This document shows, piece after piece, positions 11,607 through 24,873 of a stretch of DNA of 64,000 bases. Source of the stretch: Selaginella moellendorffii (lineage: Eukaryota; Plantae; Lycopodiophyta); assembly GCF_000143415.4 (NCBI RefSeq), contig NW_003314339.1, forward strand, positions 551,751 through 615,750. The letters run 5' to 3'. The notes under the pieces were generated by a model, which saw nothing but the letters and a program-made list of their open reading frames with translations, had not been told where the DNA came from and made no database searches. The position numbers were made by a program, and so were the translations under genes. Positions within the stretch are counted from its first letter, which is position 1. Each line of letters starts with the position of its first letter.

Positions 11607-14600
11607 CTATCCTCTAAGGAGGGTAGTCTCTCCAACTTAGAGACTAATTGGACCACATGTAGTGGTTCTCTCCTTTTATTGGTTTAGTTTTTGCTAAACC
11701 TCTTAGAGACCCTTCTCTAAGTCAATCCCACTACTCCTTCTCAAGTAGTCTCAATTTCCATCTATTGAACGTTTGCACCTTGGAACTTTTACTCTTTGGA
11801 CTTTTGGAAGTCAATTTCCTAGGTGTCTCCAACACATTAGTGTTCCTCGCCTAACTTTGCCACTTGGATTCCATCCAAGGGATTCCACGGCCCTATCCTG
11901 GCCATTCATCTTTTGCTCCTATCCGTTGATTGTTGCACCCAACAACACCGAATGTCTACCTCCCTCCTTGAGGTATTCCTTTGATTCCATAGCAAAGGCT
12001 TTGTTTTGCCAAGACTAGGGTGTTCACCCCTAGTAAGTCTCTTTAGCACCTTCTGCTGTGGGCTTTATCCACGGCCCAACTTGTGACCCTCCCATGGGTC
12101 TTTTATAGAGACTACTTTCCTTGCTCATACTATGCCATCGTAATGACATAGCTTACTTCCCTAAGGTGCTTTTCCCACTTGGTCACCTTGACCAAGCCAC
12201 ACCATCATCAATAGTTCAAATTAACACTTTGAACTAGGAACCTTATTCCTTAACCCAAACAAAGACCTTGTCCTTATTTAGCCACAAGATCACTTAGTGA
12301 TTTCACCTCGGCACCTTAACAGGTTTGCCAATAGGTACTAGGTCTTCTAGACCTTCAAATTGTTGACTATAACCCCGGGGGCATCCCCCACACTTGGCGG
12401 TGCACCCAAGCCAGCCCTTACGGCCAAGGGTTCATAGCAATTGAGATTAGGTGTCCCCATCTCACTCACCAGGTCCTTGGTGCCACTTGCACCAAAGCGT
12501 TCAAGTTAGATATGCCAAGCTTTCACACTAAGCAATCTAACCGTGCATCACGACTCCGAGGCATCCCTCGCTTGGCAGTGTGCCCAAACCAGTCTCCCCA
12601 CTGAGAGTCCATGACCACCGAAATATAAGTGTCCTCATATTCCAAACCATCACCATGCCCTAGTGATTTGGGACTCGAACCCAAGCACTAGAGGGTCGGG
12701 ACTCGAACCCAACCTCCGTATATGCATCTACGGACGGCATCACACAAGATGCCTAGCGTGACTCCCCACGCCGGTGCACCAACCTATATTTAAAGCGCGC
12801 TACAAATCACAGCTTAGGAACCTAGTTCCTTCGCACTGCCAAGTCCTCTCACTTGACAAGCCTGTGATCATGCATGGACTCTTCCATGCTCGGCCCCATG
12901 GGCCACCCCTTTGAAGTTGGCTCCTTCAACTAGGGTATTCGTTCCCCCCAACTTGCCAATCTCACTTAGCAAGTCATCCAGCCACTGTAATATGGTTCAT
13001 GCATAAGCGTGAAAGCCCTTGATCCTTGACTTTCGTTCAAAGCCTTCTCTTTGAAGGCTCGGGAACTACTTCCCTAACCTTGAAAGCCTTGCCTCATGGC
13101 AAGCTTCAAGACCACGCTTCTGCTGCGCCATTCTGATTTCGTGTGTTCCTTGAACCATTTACGTTTGGCCTTTCTAGGTACTAAGCTACCTAGAATCCTC
13201 TTTGGGAACCTTGAAGGAACTCTGTCCCTCAGCTTGCTAAGGCCTCCCTTTTTGCAAACTTTATAGTTGCCATATAGTCTAACATGGACAATTCCATATT
13301 TTAGACTCTCCATGGCATCACGGTTGCTAGTGGCAACACCCTCGAGCCCCCACTTGATGCTCCACTCCCAGCTGGCATAACCAACCTTGGCTATGCCCTT
13401 CGATTCCTGTGGTTCGGTTCTATCCCCTTACTTATTGCTTTTGGCTTCACACCTTTCCTTCGGTCATTCTCCTCTAGACCAAGAGGATAGCTTTGCACTT
13501 TCTATCATGCCTTAGCAAGTATTCTTAGGGATGAACCTACCCAATAGCCCATGGAGTGGTTCCTCAATCCGGGTATGCTCACCTTATAATCCCACACATT
13601 GGGATTACCTTGTTGCTTATGGGCCTTTACATGCCCATCACTAGCCTTGCCAAAATTCCATTTTTGGCTTTGTCCAACTCAGGTAGACAGTCCTTTCCTG
13701 TCTCCGCAACCTTGGACATTTGGATAACACCTTCTATCCATCATTGGCTAGGGACTTAGTCCCTTGGGTCTTATCCATTGCCCTCGCGACATCAAACACC
13801 ACCTTCTGGTGTTCTAGAGTGTTCGGGTGTCCCAATGATGGCTTTCTTGACAATGAGTATTTCCTTTTATGACATTGACTTACTATATCGCAACATAAGC
13901 AACTTATCCCCCGTAAGGGTATATCCAACTTCCTTATGCTATTAAGAAGTCTTGGGTAGCTACCTTCTACCCGTTTAGCTAGTTATTTTGCACCTCTTGC
14001 TTAGTTGCCTCATAGTTGTCAAGTCCTACAACTCATTGTTTGGTGCTTCCACACCTCCATCATTATCTGGATCACCACACTCCAACTACATGCTCTGCAG
14101 CTTAGGCTATGCCATTCCCGTTTCCCTTGGGATTCCTTTGGCAAGGGGTTTTCATGAACCCACCAACATAGCCTCAAGGTATCACACCTTGGCACATTTG
14201 GTGTCTCCACACTATCGGCTCCACGAGCCTACCTCTATGACACTTCCCCTTCGTGTCTAAGTCTTTGCCAAGACCAACACCGCCCTTTCTCATGCCAACC
14301 ATTCGTTAGCACTGCACCATAGAGGTCCCACACAACTTCGTGTCAAAGTTGTTTTCTTCTGGAAACACCTTTTCCATAACTTTAGCATGGCATATTTTGC
14401 CATCGATGAGATACCCTCTGTTCTCATCCTTGGATCCTATGACCCCCCCCCATCCTTTGTGGGGTACAACACACCTCAGTCCAAATGCTTCCATCAGTCC
14501 TTTTAGGACCATCCGTTGACTCTACTTGAGTCATCCAGCAGTTTTGGACGTGGTTAATCCACAGACCCGTAAGGTCCTACTTGTGAGGCACTAGCTCACT

Positions 14601-15256
14601 GGAATACACTTCTTGCATTCCTGTCCCACTCAAAAGGACTATTTTCACAAGTGTTACTCTGACACTTGATTTTGTTCTCTGGGGGCCACCTTTGCCCCTT
14701 AGGACTACTTGTCCATGTGATGAGAATACCACTCATCTCTAAGTACACCCCCCAACTCCTTGGGTTGTTCCAGCATTTATTAAAGGTAGCCCCGGCTACC
14801 ATTTCAAGGACTTGAGTCCTCTTCCGTATTTGACCTCCCACGGTCATTACTTCTGGTCTCACATTCATGAGCACCAACCTCAACTATATGAGGATAATCT
14901 TATAACTCCTTTATTGTTTTGGAGTCTCTATCTTTTCCGTGATCCCAACTATAGTTGTTTACCACAACTACCTTAGCCAATTTGCCGAGACAAATGCTCA
15001 TCCGGATCACATCCTCAACTCAATGAGGAAAACCTTGCACTGTTCCCAAGATCCCAAAGTCGTTCCATTATTGGCCCTTTTCTATCCACCACCTCGTCTA
15101 CAAGTTCACACATGAACTGTAATGGAGAGCCATGTCTTCCCGACTTGCTACTCCTCAAGGATAAGCCCACTCCTCGGACCTTCCAATGCCAACACTAGTG
15201 GTGATATACTTGAGCACCAATAAAAGTCGGACTAAGGAACAGCTCCGATACTAAAT

Positions 15257-16945
15257 TGTAAGTGACTAAATTTTCCATTCTACTTTAGTCACTTAACCAC
15301 ACTTCCAACCACTTGGAGGAGTCTCACTCACAACCTCCATAAGTCCTATTCCAGACTTGGGCTTGCTAGCCCCAAGAATGGCATCCCCGCCACTCAACGT
15401 TTGCACTTGATCCAAGTGCTCCACGTGTCCGATCCCATGACCGACACCCCAAGGTACCACTGACATATCAACCCGTTACGCTAAGGCCATGCCCCTTTAC
15501 CTTGGCCACACCGGTGGTCTAACACCACCTGCATCACAGACCCATCTCTCAAGGACTGGGCCATCCGTCCATGAGTGATCATTCCAGATCCACTCCTTAG
15601 CATTCTTAGGATGCCCACAGACATGGGGAATAGCCTTCCCCAATATCCCTTTTCTGGTCTTCACCAAATCCCTTTCTGCCCATGACCGTGTTCGCCAACA
15701 CTGCCACTGGATCAAGGCCCACAGGCCCGACCACTAAGTCCCACGGTCCTCGGGGACTTCCTCACCACACGACCGTGTCCTTGGTCACTACCCCAGAGGA
15801 CTGCTCCTCTTCCTTTCCACAGTCTGGGCCTTTGGGACAACATTTCGAAACACCGTGGCCTTACGCGAGCCACCTGGGTACTCTCCCCGCCTTCCGCCTT
15901 TAGGTGCTCTAGCCATGGGCTTAGAGCGAGGTTCCATTGAGCCACGACATGTATCCAAGTAGGTAGTGCCACCCACACTTGGACTGGGAGCATCGGCCAG
16001 TCGATCTCCCGGGGGAACTAGAGCCAGCTCTTGAACACTTCACCAAGCTACCCCGCTTGTCGGTCCGTGTTCACTCTAGTCTTGGACTTCCCAGTGGGCA
16101 GCTCATCACCCAACACTGGGTCCGGCCTTCCTGGGCCAAACTGGCCTTTCCTGGCCAAACTGGCTCCACTGCAGTCCTCCCCCTACTATACTTTTGGAGC
16201 TCACCAAACCCCCCAGGGTCTGGGAGACGAACGCTTTGGGCTTTCACCCTCTCATGCTCCGGACTCGGACTCGGACTCGGACTCGGACTCAGACTCAGAC
16301 TCGGACTCGGATTCGGACTCGGACTCGGACTTGGGCTCGGCCTCGGTCTCGGTCTCGGTCCCGATCTCAGTCTCGGTCTCGGTATCGGTCCCGGTCTCGG
16401 TCTTGGTCTCGACTTCGGACTCCATCTCGGGTCCATCTCGGACTCCATCTCGGACTCCATCTCGGGTCCATCTCGGACTCCATCTCGGACTCCATCTCGG
16501 GTCCACCTCGGACTCCACCTCGGACTCCATCTCGGGTCCACCTCGGACTCCACCTCGGACTCCATCTCGGGCTCCATATCGGTTCCAGCTCGGACTCCAT
16601 CTCGGACTCCATTTTGGGTCCATCTCGGGTCCACCTCGGACTCCATCTCGGGGTCCTTCTCGGACTCCACTTCGGACTCCACTTCGGACTCTAACTCGGG
16701 CCCATCTCGGACACTTCCACGTGTCATGTGTTGGTCCTTTTGGGTCCCTTTTTGGAGCCTCGCTTATGGCTCGCTTCGTGCTCATTCCTCGAGCACTTCG
16801 TTGGGAGTTCCACTCCCGCTCTTAACTTTTTCAAGTCGGAGCTTTTGGTCCAAACGTGTTACGCTCGTTTGGCTCTTGCTTCGGCCACTACCACGTGGCG
16901 CCCTTTCCGGCTCTACTTTGGGGCCTAGGGATTTTGTGTCTCACA
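15257..16945 (-). repeat. Family A LTR (array copy 3)
   Basis: tgtaagtgac...gtctcaca. Confidence 0.9.
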
Positions 16946-19900
16946 ACTCCACCACCCATAGACGAAGTTCGATGTCCTCATCGAACGGTAAACCATTTTA
17001 TAAAGTAACACCCGCATGTGTTACCATTTCCATCCTTGGCACCTAGCCAATATTTGTCAATGGTTTGACATTGAAGGCTCACCATGCCTTCTCCATATTC
17101 GTCAATGGTTTGCCATTGAAGGCTCACCATGCCTTTTGCATATTCCTCAATGGTTTGACACCAAAGGCTCACCATGCCTTACCTATCCTCTAAGGAGGGT
17201 AGTCTCTCCAACTTAGAGACTGATTGGACCACATGTAGTGGTTCTCTCCTTTTATTGGTTTAGTTCTTGTTAAACCTCTTAGAGACCCTTCTCTAAGTCA
17301 ATCCCACTACTCCTTCTCAAGTAGTCTCAATTTCCATCTATTGAACGTTTGCACCTTGGAACTTTTACTCTTTGGACTTTTGGAAGTCAATTTCCTAGGT
17401 GTCTCCAACACCTTGCATTGCACAGATTGTGCAACTCCACTTCCCCATCCTAGGAAGTTCATTACTTAAGGGCACCATCATCCTCTCTTCTATTTCGTGC
17501 CACCTTGGGCACTAAGTTCCATTTATCATACTTTGTGCTAGGGCTATCCATGGCTCTATCATTTGGCTACCTTACCGCTCCCTCCCTCAGAGCTTCCACT
17601 TTTGCCAAATCGGAGCAATTCGGAATCCATCCTTGGAAACACACTTCCTTTCCCGCAATTTGTTAGCGTCCAACACATTAGTGTTCCTCGCCTAACTTTG
17701 CCACTTGGATTCCATCCAAGGGATTCCACGGCCCTATCCTGGCCATTCATCTTTTGCTCCTATCCGTTGATTGTTGCACCCAGCAACACCGAATGTCTAC
17801 CTCCCTCCTTGAGGTATTCCTTTGATTCTATAGCAAAGGCTTTGTTTTGCCAAGACTAGGGTGTTCACCCCTAGTAAGTCTCTTTAGCACCTTCTGCTGT
17901 GGGCTTTATCCACGGCCCAACTTGTGACCCTCCCATGGGTCTTTTATAGAGACTACTTTCCTTGCTCACACTATGCCATCGTAATGACATAGCTTACTTC
18001 CCTAAGGTGCTTTTCCCACTTGGTCACCTTGACCAAGCCACACCATCATCAATAGTTCAAATCAACACTTTGAACTAGGAACCTTATTCCTTAACCCAAA
18101 CAAAGACCTTGTCCTTATTTAGCCACAAGATCACCTAGTGATTTCACCTCGGCACCTTAACAGGTTTGCCAATAGGTACTAGGTCTTCTAGACCTTCAAA
18201 TTGTTGACTATAACCCCGGGGGCATCCCCCACACTTGGCGGTGCACCCAAGCCAGCCCTTACGGCCAAGGGTTCATAGCAACTGAGATTAGGTGTCCCCA
18301 TCTCACTCACCACGTCCTTGGTGCCACTTGCACCAAAGCGTTCAAGTTAGATATGCCAAGCTTTCACACTAAGCAATCTAACCGTGCATCACGACTCCGA
18401 GGCATCCCTCGCTTGGCAGTGTGCCCAAACCAGTCTCCCCACTGAGAGTCCATGACCACCGAAATATAAGTGTCCTCATATTCCAAACCATCACCATGCC
18501 CTAGTGATTTGGGACTCGAACCCAAGCACTAGAGGGTCGGGACTCGAACCCAACCTCCGTATATGCATCTACGGACGGCATCACACAAGATGCCTAGCGT
18601 GACTCCCCACGCCGGTGCACCAACCTATATTTAAAGCGCGCTACAAATCACAGCTTAGGAACCTAGTTCCTTCGCACTGCCAAGTCCTCTCACTTGACAA
18701 GCCTGTGATCATGCATGGACTCTTCCATGCTCAGCCCCATGGGCCACCCCTTTGAAGTTGGCTCCTTCAACTAGGGTATTCGTTCCCCCCAACTTGCCAA
18801 TCTCACTTAGCAAGTCATCCAGCCACTGTAATATGGTTCATGCATAAGCGTGAAAGCCCTTGATCCTTGACTTTCGTTCAAAGCCTTCTCTTTGAAGGCT
18901 CGGGAACTACTTCCCTAACCTTGAAAGCCTTGCCTCATGGCAAGCTTCAAGACCACGCTTCTGCTGCGCCATTCTGATTTCGCGTGTTCCTTGAACCATT
19001 TACGTTTGGCCTTTCTAGGTACTAAGCTACCTAGAATCCTCTTTGGGAACCTTGAAGGAACTCTGTCCCTCAGCTTGCTAAGGCCTCCCTTTTTGCAAAC
19101 TTTATAGTTGCCATATAGTCTAACATGGACAATTCCATATGTTAGACTCTCCATGGCATCACGGTTGCTAGTGGCAACACCCTCGAGCCCCCACTTGATG
19201 CTCCACTCCCAGCTGGCATAACCAACCTTGGCTATGCCCTTCGATTCCTGTGGTTCGGTTCTATCCCCTTACTTATTGCTTTTGGCTTCACACCTTTCCT
19301 TCGGTCATTCTCCTCTAGACCAAGAGGATAGCTTTGCACTTTATATCATGCCTTAGCAAGTATTCTTAGGGATGAACCTACCCAATAGCCCATGGAGTGG
19401 TCCTCAATCCGGGTATGCTCACCTTATAATCCCACACACTGGGATTACCTTGTTGCTTATGGGCCTTTACATGCCCATCACTAGCCTTGCCAAAATTCCA
19501 TTTTTGGCTTTGTCCAACTCGGGTAGACAGTCCTTTCCTGTCTCCGCAACCTTGGACATTTGGATAACACCTTCTATCCATCATTGGCTAGGGACTTAGT
19601 CCCTTGGGTCTTATCCATTGCCCTCGCGACATCAAACACCACCTTCTGGTGTTCTAGAGTGTTCGGGTGTCCCAATGATGGCTTTCTTGACAATGAGTAT
19701 TTCCTTTTATGACATTGACTTACTATATCGCAACATAAGCAACTTATCCCCCGTAAGGGTATATCCAACTTCCTTATGCTATTAAGAAGTCTTGGGTAGC
19801 TACCTTCTACCCGTTTAGCTAGTTATTTTGCACCTCTTGCTTAGTTGCCTCATAGTTGTCAAGTCCTACAACTCATTGTTTGGTGCTTCCACACCTCCAT

Positions 19901-21096
19901 CATTATCTGGATCACCACACTCCAACTACATGCTCTGCAGCTTAGGCTATGCCATTCCCATTTCCCTTGGGATTCCTTTGGCAAGGGGTTTTCATGAACC
20001 CACCAACATAGCCTCAAGGTATCACACCTTGGCACATTTGGTGTCTCCACACCATCGGCTCCACGAGCCTACCTCTATGACACTTCCCCTTTGTGTCTAA
20101 GTCTTTGCCAAGACCAACACCGCCCTTTCTCATGCCAACCATCCGTTAGCACTGCACCATAGAGGTCCCACACAACTTCGTGTCAAAGTTGTTTTCTTCT
20201 GGGAACACCTTTTCCATAACTTTAGCATGGCATATTTTGCCATCGATGAGATACCCTCTCTTCTCATCCTTGGATCCTATGATCCCCCCCCATCCTTTGT
20301 GGGGTACAACACACCTCAGTCCAAATGCTTCCATCAGTCCTTTTAGGACCATCCGTTGACTCTACTTGAGTCATCCAGCAGTTTTGGACGTGGTTAATCC
20401 ACAGACCCGTAAGGTCCTACTTGTGAGGCACTAGCTCACTGGAATACACTTCTTGCATTCCTGTCCCACTCAAAAGGACTATTTTCACAAGTGTTACTCT
20501 GACACTTGATTTTGTTCTCTGGGGGCCACCTTTGCCCCTTAGGACTACTTGTCCATGTGATGAGAATACCACTCATCTCTAAGTACACCCCCCAACTCCT
20601 TGGGTTGTTCCAGCATTTATTAAAGGTAGCCCCGGCTACCATTTCAAGGACTTGAGTCCTCTTCCGTATTTGACCTCCCACGGTCATTACCTCTGGTCTC
20701 ACATTCATGAGCACCAACCTCAACTATATGAGGATAATCTTATAACTCCTTTATTGTTTTGGAGTCTCTATCTTTTCTGTGATCCCAACTATAGTTGTTT
20801 ACCACAACTACCTTAGCCAATTTGCCGAGACAAATGCTCATCCGCATCACATCCTCAACTCAATGAGGAAAACCTTGCACTGTTCCCAAGATCCCAAAGT
20901 CGTTCCATTATTGGCCCTTTTCTATCCACCACCTCGTCTACAAGTTCACACATGAACTGTAATGGAGAGCCATGTCTTCCCGACTTGCTACTCCTCAAGG
21001 ATAAGCCCACTCCTCGGACCTTCCAATGCCAACACTAGTGGTGATATACTTGAGCACCAATAAAAGTCGGACTAAGGAACAGCTCCGATACTAAAT

Positions 21097-22768
21097 TGTA
21101 AGCGACTATATTTTCCATTCTACTTTAGTCAGTTAACCACACTTCCAACCACTTGGAGGAGTCTCACTCACAACCTCCATAAGTCCTATTCCAGACTTGG
21201 GCTTGCTAGCCCCAAGAATGGCATCCCCGCCACTCAACCTTTGCACTTGATCCAAGTGCTCCACGTGTCCGATCCCATGACCGACACCCCAAGGTACCAC
21301 TGACATATCAACCTGTTACGCTAAGGCCATGCCCCTTTACCTTGGCCACACCGGTGGTCTAACACCACCTGCATCACAGACCCATCTCTCAAGGACTGGG
21401 CCATCCGTCCATGAGTGATCATTCCAGATCCACTCCTTAGCATCCTTAGGATGCCCACAGACATGGGGAATAGCCTTCCCCAATATCCCTTTTCTGGTCT
21501 TCACCAAATCCCTTTCTGCCCATGGCCGTGTTCGCCAACACTGCCACTGGATCAAGGCCCACAGGCCCGACCACTAAGTCCCACGGTCCTCGGGGACTTC
21601 CTCACCACACGACTGTGTCCTTGGTCACTACCCCAGAGGACTGCTCCTCTTCCTTTCCACAGTCTGGGCCTTTGGGACAACATTTCGAAACACCGTGGCC
21701 TTACGCGAGCCACCTGGGTACTCTCCCCGCCTTCCGCCTTTAGGTGCTCTAGCCATGGGCTTAGAGCGAGGTTCCATTGAGCCACGACATGTATCCAAGT
21801 AGGTAGTGCCACCCACACTTGGACTGGGAGCATCGGCCAGTCGATCTCCCGGGGGAACTAGAGCCAGCTCTTGAACACTTCACCAAGCTACCCCGCTTGT
21901 CGGTCTGTGTTCACTCTAGTCTTGGACTTCCCTGTGGGCAGCTCATCACCCAACACTGGGTCTGGCCTTCCTGGGCCAAACTGGCCTTTCCTGGCGAAAC
22001 TGGCTCCAGTGCAGTCCTCCCCCTACTATACTTTTGGAGCTCACCAAACCCCCCAGGGTCTGGGAGACGAACGCTTTGGGCTTTCACCCTCTCATGCTCC
22101 GGACTCGGACTCAGACTCGGACTCGGACTCAGACTCAGACTCGGACTCGGATTCGGACTCGGACTCGGACTTGGGCTCGGCCTCGGTCCTTGTCACGGTC
22201 CCGATCTCAGTCTCGGTCTCGGTCTCGGTCCCGGTCTCGGTCTTGGTCTCGGTCTCGACTTCGGACTCCATCTCGGGTCCATCTCGGACTCCATCTCGGA
22301 CTCCATCTCGGACTCCATCTCGGGTCCACCTCGGACTCCACCTCGGACTCCATCTCGGGTCCACCTCGGACTCCACCTCGGACTCCATATCGGTTCCATC
22401 TCGGACTCCATCTCGGACTCCATTTTGGGTCCATCTCGGGTCCACCTCGGACTCCACCTCGGACTCCATCTCGGGGTCCTTCTCGGACTCCACTTCGGAC
22501 TCCACTTCGGACTCCAACTCGGGCCCATCTCGGACACTTCCACGTGTCATGTGTTGGTCCTTTTGGGTCCCTTTTTGGAGCCTCGCTTATGGCTCGCTTC
22601 GTGCTCATTCCTCGAGCACTTCGTTGGGAGTTCCACTCCCGCTCTTGACTTTTTCAAGTCGGAGCTTTTGGTCCAAACGTGTTACGCTCGTTTGGCTCTT
22701 GCTTCGGCCACTACCACGTGGCGCCCTTTCCGGCTCTACTTTGGGGCCTAGGGATTTTGTGTCTCACA
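21097..22768 (-). repeat. Family A LTR (array copy 4)
   Basis: tgtaagcgac...gtctcaca. Confidence 0.9.
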
Positions 22769-22983
22769 GTTGGCTCATGCAATTTTGAACCCAAAAATGC
22801 ACCAAAAAATGCTCGACTAGCATTATTGTTTGAATGGCGTGTGGCCTTATATTGCCATAAATGGACGTACACACACAGCATAATTATTCCTTTACACGGC
22901 GAATAATCTTGGCGCGGATCGCTGACATGGCATGGCAAAGTTCGAATCACTAACATGGCACAGCTGGATCGAGGCAAGGACAT

Positions 22984-24131
22984 TGTAAGCCACAAATTTT
23001 TCCTTTCCAATTTGCCAGCTTATTTCGTCTATCCGTCCAACACCGCCTTGGCTCTCGCTAAGTTCCCTTGCCAAGGTTCTCGCCTATGGTACCAGCTCCT
23101 ACTTGGTCTCAGCTACTCACTGCACGAGCAACGGAGTGTTAGCCATCCATCCACGGATTCCCAAATCACTCCCAATCCCCCTCCCCGGGTTAGACTGGAC
23201 TTAAGGTTCGGCTACACTCCCCGCAAGCACAAGCAGCCAAGCACACCAAGCTTCCAGGTTCCTAACATCCTTTGGTACCACAAGACTTGATCATGGGACC
23301 CTCTAAATCCCAAGTCTTGAGTGCAACACTTGCTTCGGGACGCCGGGGCGAAACACCGTGGCCTAGCGGCCCGGTATGGGTACCTCTCGCCCCCCACTTC
23401 CATCCCGAAGGAAGGCCCAAGCCCCTAGGAAGGGCGAGGACCAATGAGCCGCATGGTACTCAAGTGGGGCACCACTCCACATGAGCCGAGAGCACCGCAA
23501 TCGGTTTCCCTTTCGGGAGTGGGAGCTGCTCTTGAGCGCTTCCTTGGATGGCCCCTCCGGCACCAACCAAGTCCATGCTCACTCCCACCCAAGGCCCCTC
23601 GGTCCCAGTCCCAACCTCAAGTCAGTTTGGGAGCCCCACTGGAGAGTCCCTTCTAAACTGGTTCCTGGACCTCACTATCCCTACTATACTTTTGGAACCC
23701 CCTGCAGCCCCCCCCCCCTGGGAGACGCACGCTTTGGGCTTTCACCCCTTGACCCGTTTTAGTATTTGGACTTAGTCTCTGGCTCGATCTCGGACCCGAT
23801 TTCGGATCCGACTTCGGATTCGGTTTCGGACTCGATCTCGGACTCGATCTCGGACCCGATCTCGGACCCGACCTCGGACTCGACCTCGGACTCGGTCTCG
23901 GACCCGATTTCGGATCTCGGACTCCGTCTCGAACTCGGTCTCGAACTCGGACTCGAACTCGGTCCCCGAGTCGGTCTCGGACTCGATTCCGGACTCGATC
24001 TCGAACTCGGTCCTAGAGTCGGTCTTGGACTCGATCTTCGACTTGGTCCCATCCGATGAACTCTTTGTCATTTTGGTCATGCTTTCGGGGTTCCTTTAGC
24101 CTACGACACCTCGGCGAGTTGGTTCCTTACA
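22984..24131 (-). mobile_element. Solo LTR, chromovirus family B
   Basis: Near-identical reverse complement of LTR 40314-41461; TG...CA; perfect TSD GACAT; empty site aaggacatgatg at ~38536. Confidence 0.92.
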
Positions 24132-24873
24132 GACATGATGTGACAAAGTTCAACCTCCGACAGCAAAGTCTAGAAGCTACTCAGTTTGAAATTTGTCAGA
24201 GGAATCATAAGATCTGGTTTGTCAGAGGATTTGATGTGACGATCAAGCGTGTGTTATTTTTGAATTCTCGAACTCATTCCTAGGTCTATCATTTTTTTGC
24301 GCCGTGTTCTTGGTTCCGCTGAGCGCAGTGAGCGCTGCTTGTGTAAGTGGCGTTGTGAGCTGTGGTTTATGCGTCTACGAGCGGTTGCGGCATTGCGAGC
24401 GCCATTGTGAGTGGCAGTTTATGCGAGTGGCAGTTTGTGCGAGCGGCGCTACGAGCAGTTTCGGTGTTGCGAGCGGCGCTACGAGTAGTTGCGGTGTTGC
24501 GAGCGGCACTGTCTTTGGTGTGGCTACCGCTTCCTCTTGATATTCGGCACTTGTGCTTCCTGGTATGTTCACCATGGAATGGCTTAGGACCACATTAACA
24601 AATGGCATGAGGCCACATGCCATTTTGGGCCCTTGCAATTTCATGGCTAGCGTATTGTCATGTATGTTTTTACTTGCCTGCAGCTGTGTGTATATCAAGA
24701 TGGCATGAGGCCTCATGCCCATTTTGTGAATGCGAAATTTCACGTAGGTGTCAATAGCATGTTTGAATAATGGCATGTGGCCTCATGCTATTGAGGTTGT
24801 TTGGTATGTTATGATTTAGGCCATTCTCCAATCATTTTTTGTATGGTCTTAACTTCTTTTCTGCACTTTCAGA

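Larger units (their letters stand above)
5378..22768 (-). mobile_element. Tandem array of non-autonomous LTR retroelement family A (LTR-int-LTR-int-LTR-int-LTR)
   Basis: Four TG...CA LTRs (5378-7243, 9663-11369, 15257-16945, 21097-22768) separated by non-coding internal regions of 2419, 3887 and 4151 bp. PBS-like TAGTATCGGAGC and PPT on the minus strand. Flanks gtggg/gttgg form an imperfect 5-bp TSD; the empty site gtggg|ctcatgc is seen at ~38329 in copy 2. Confidence 0.9.
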
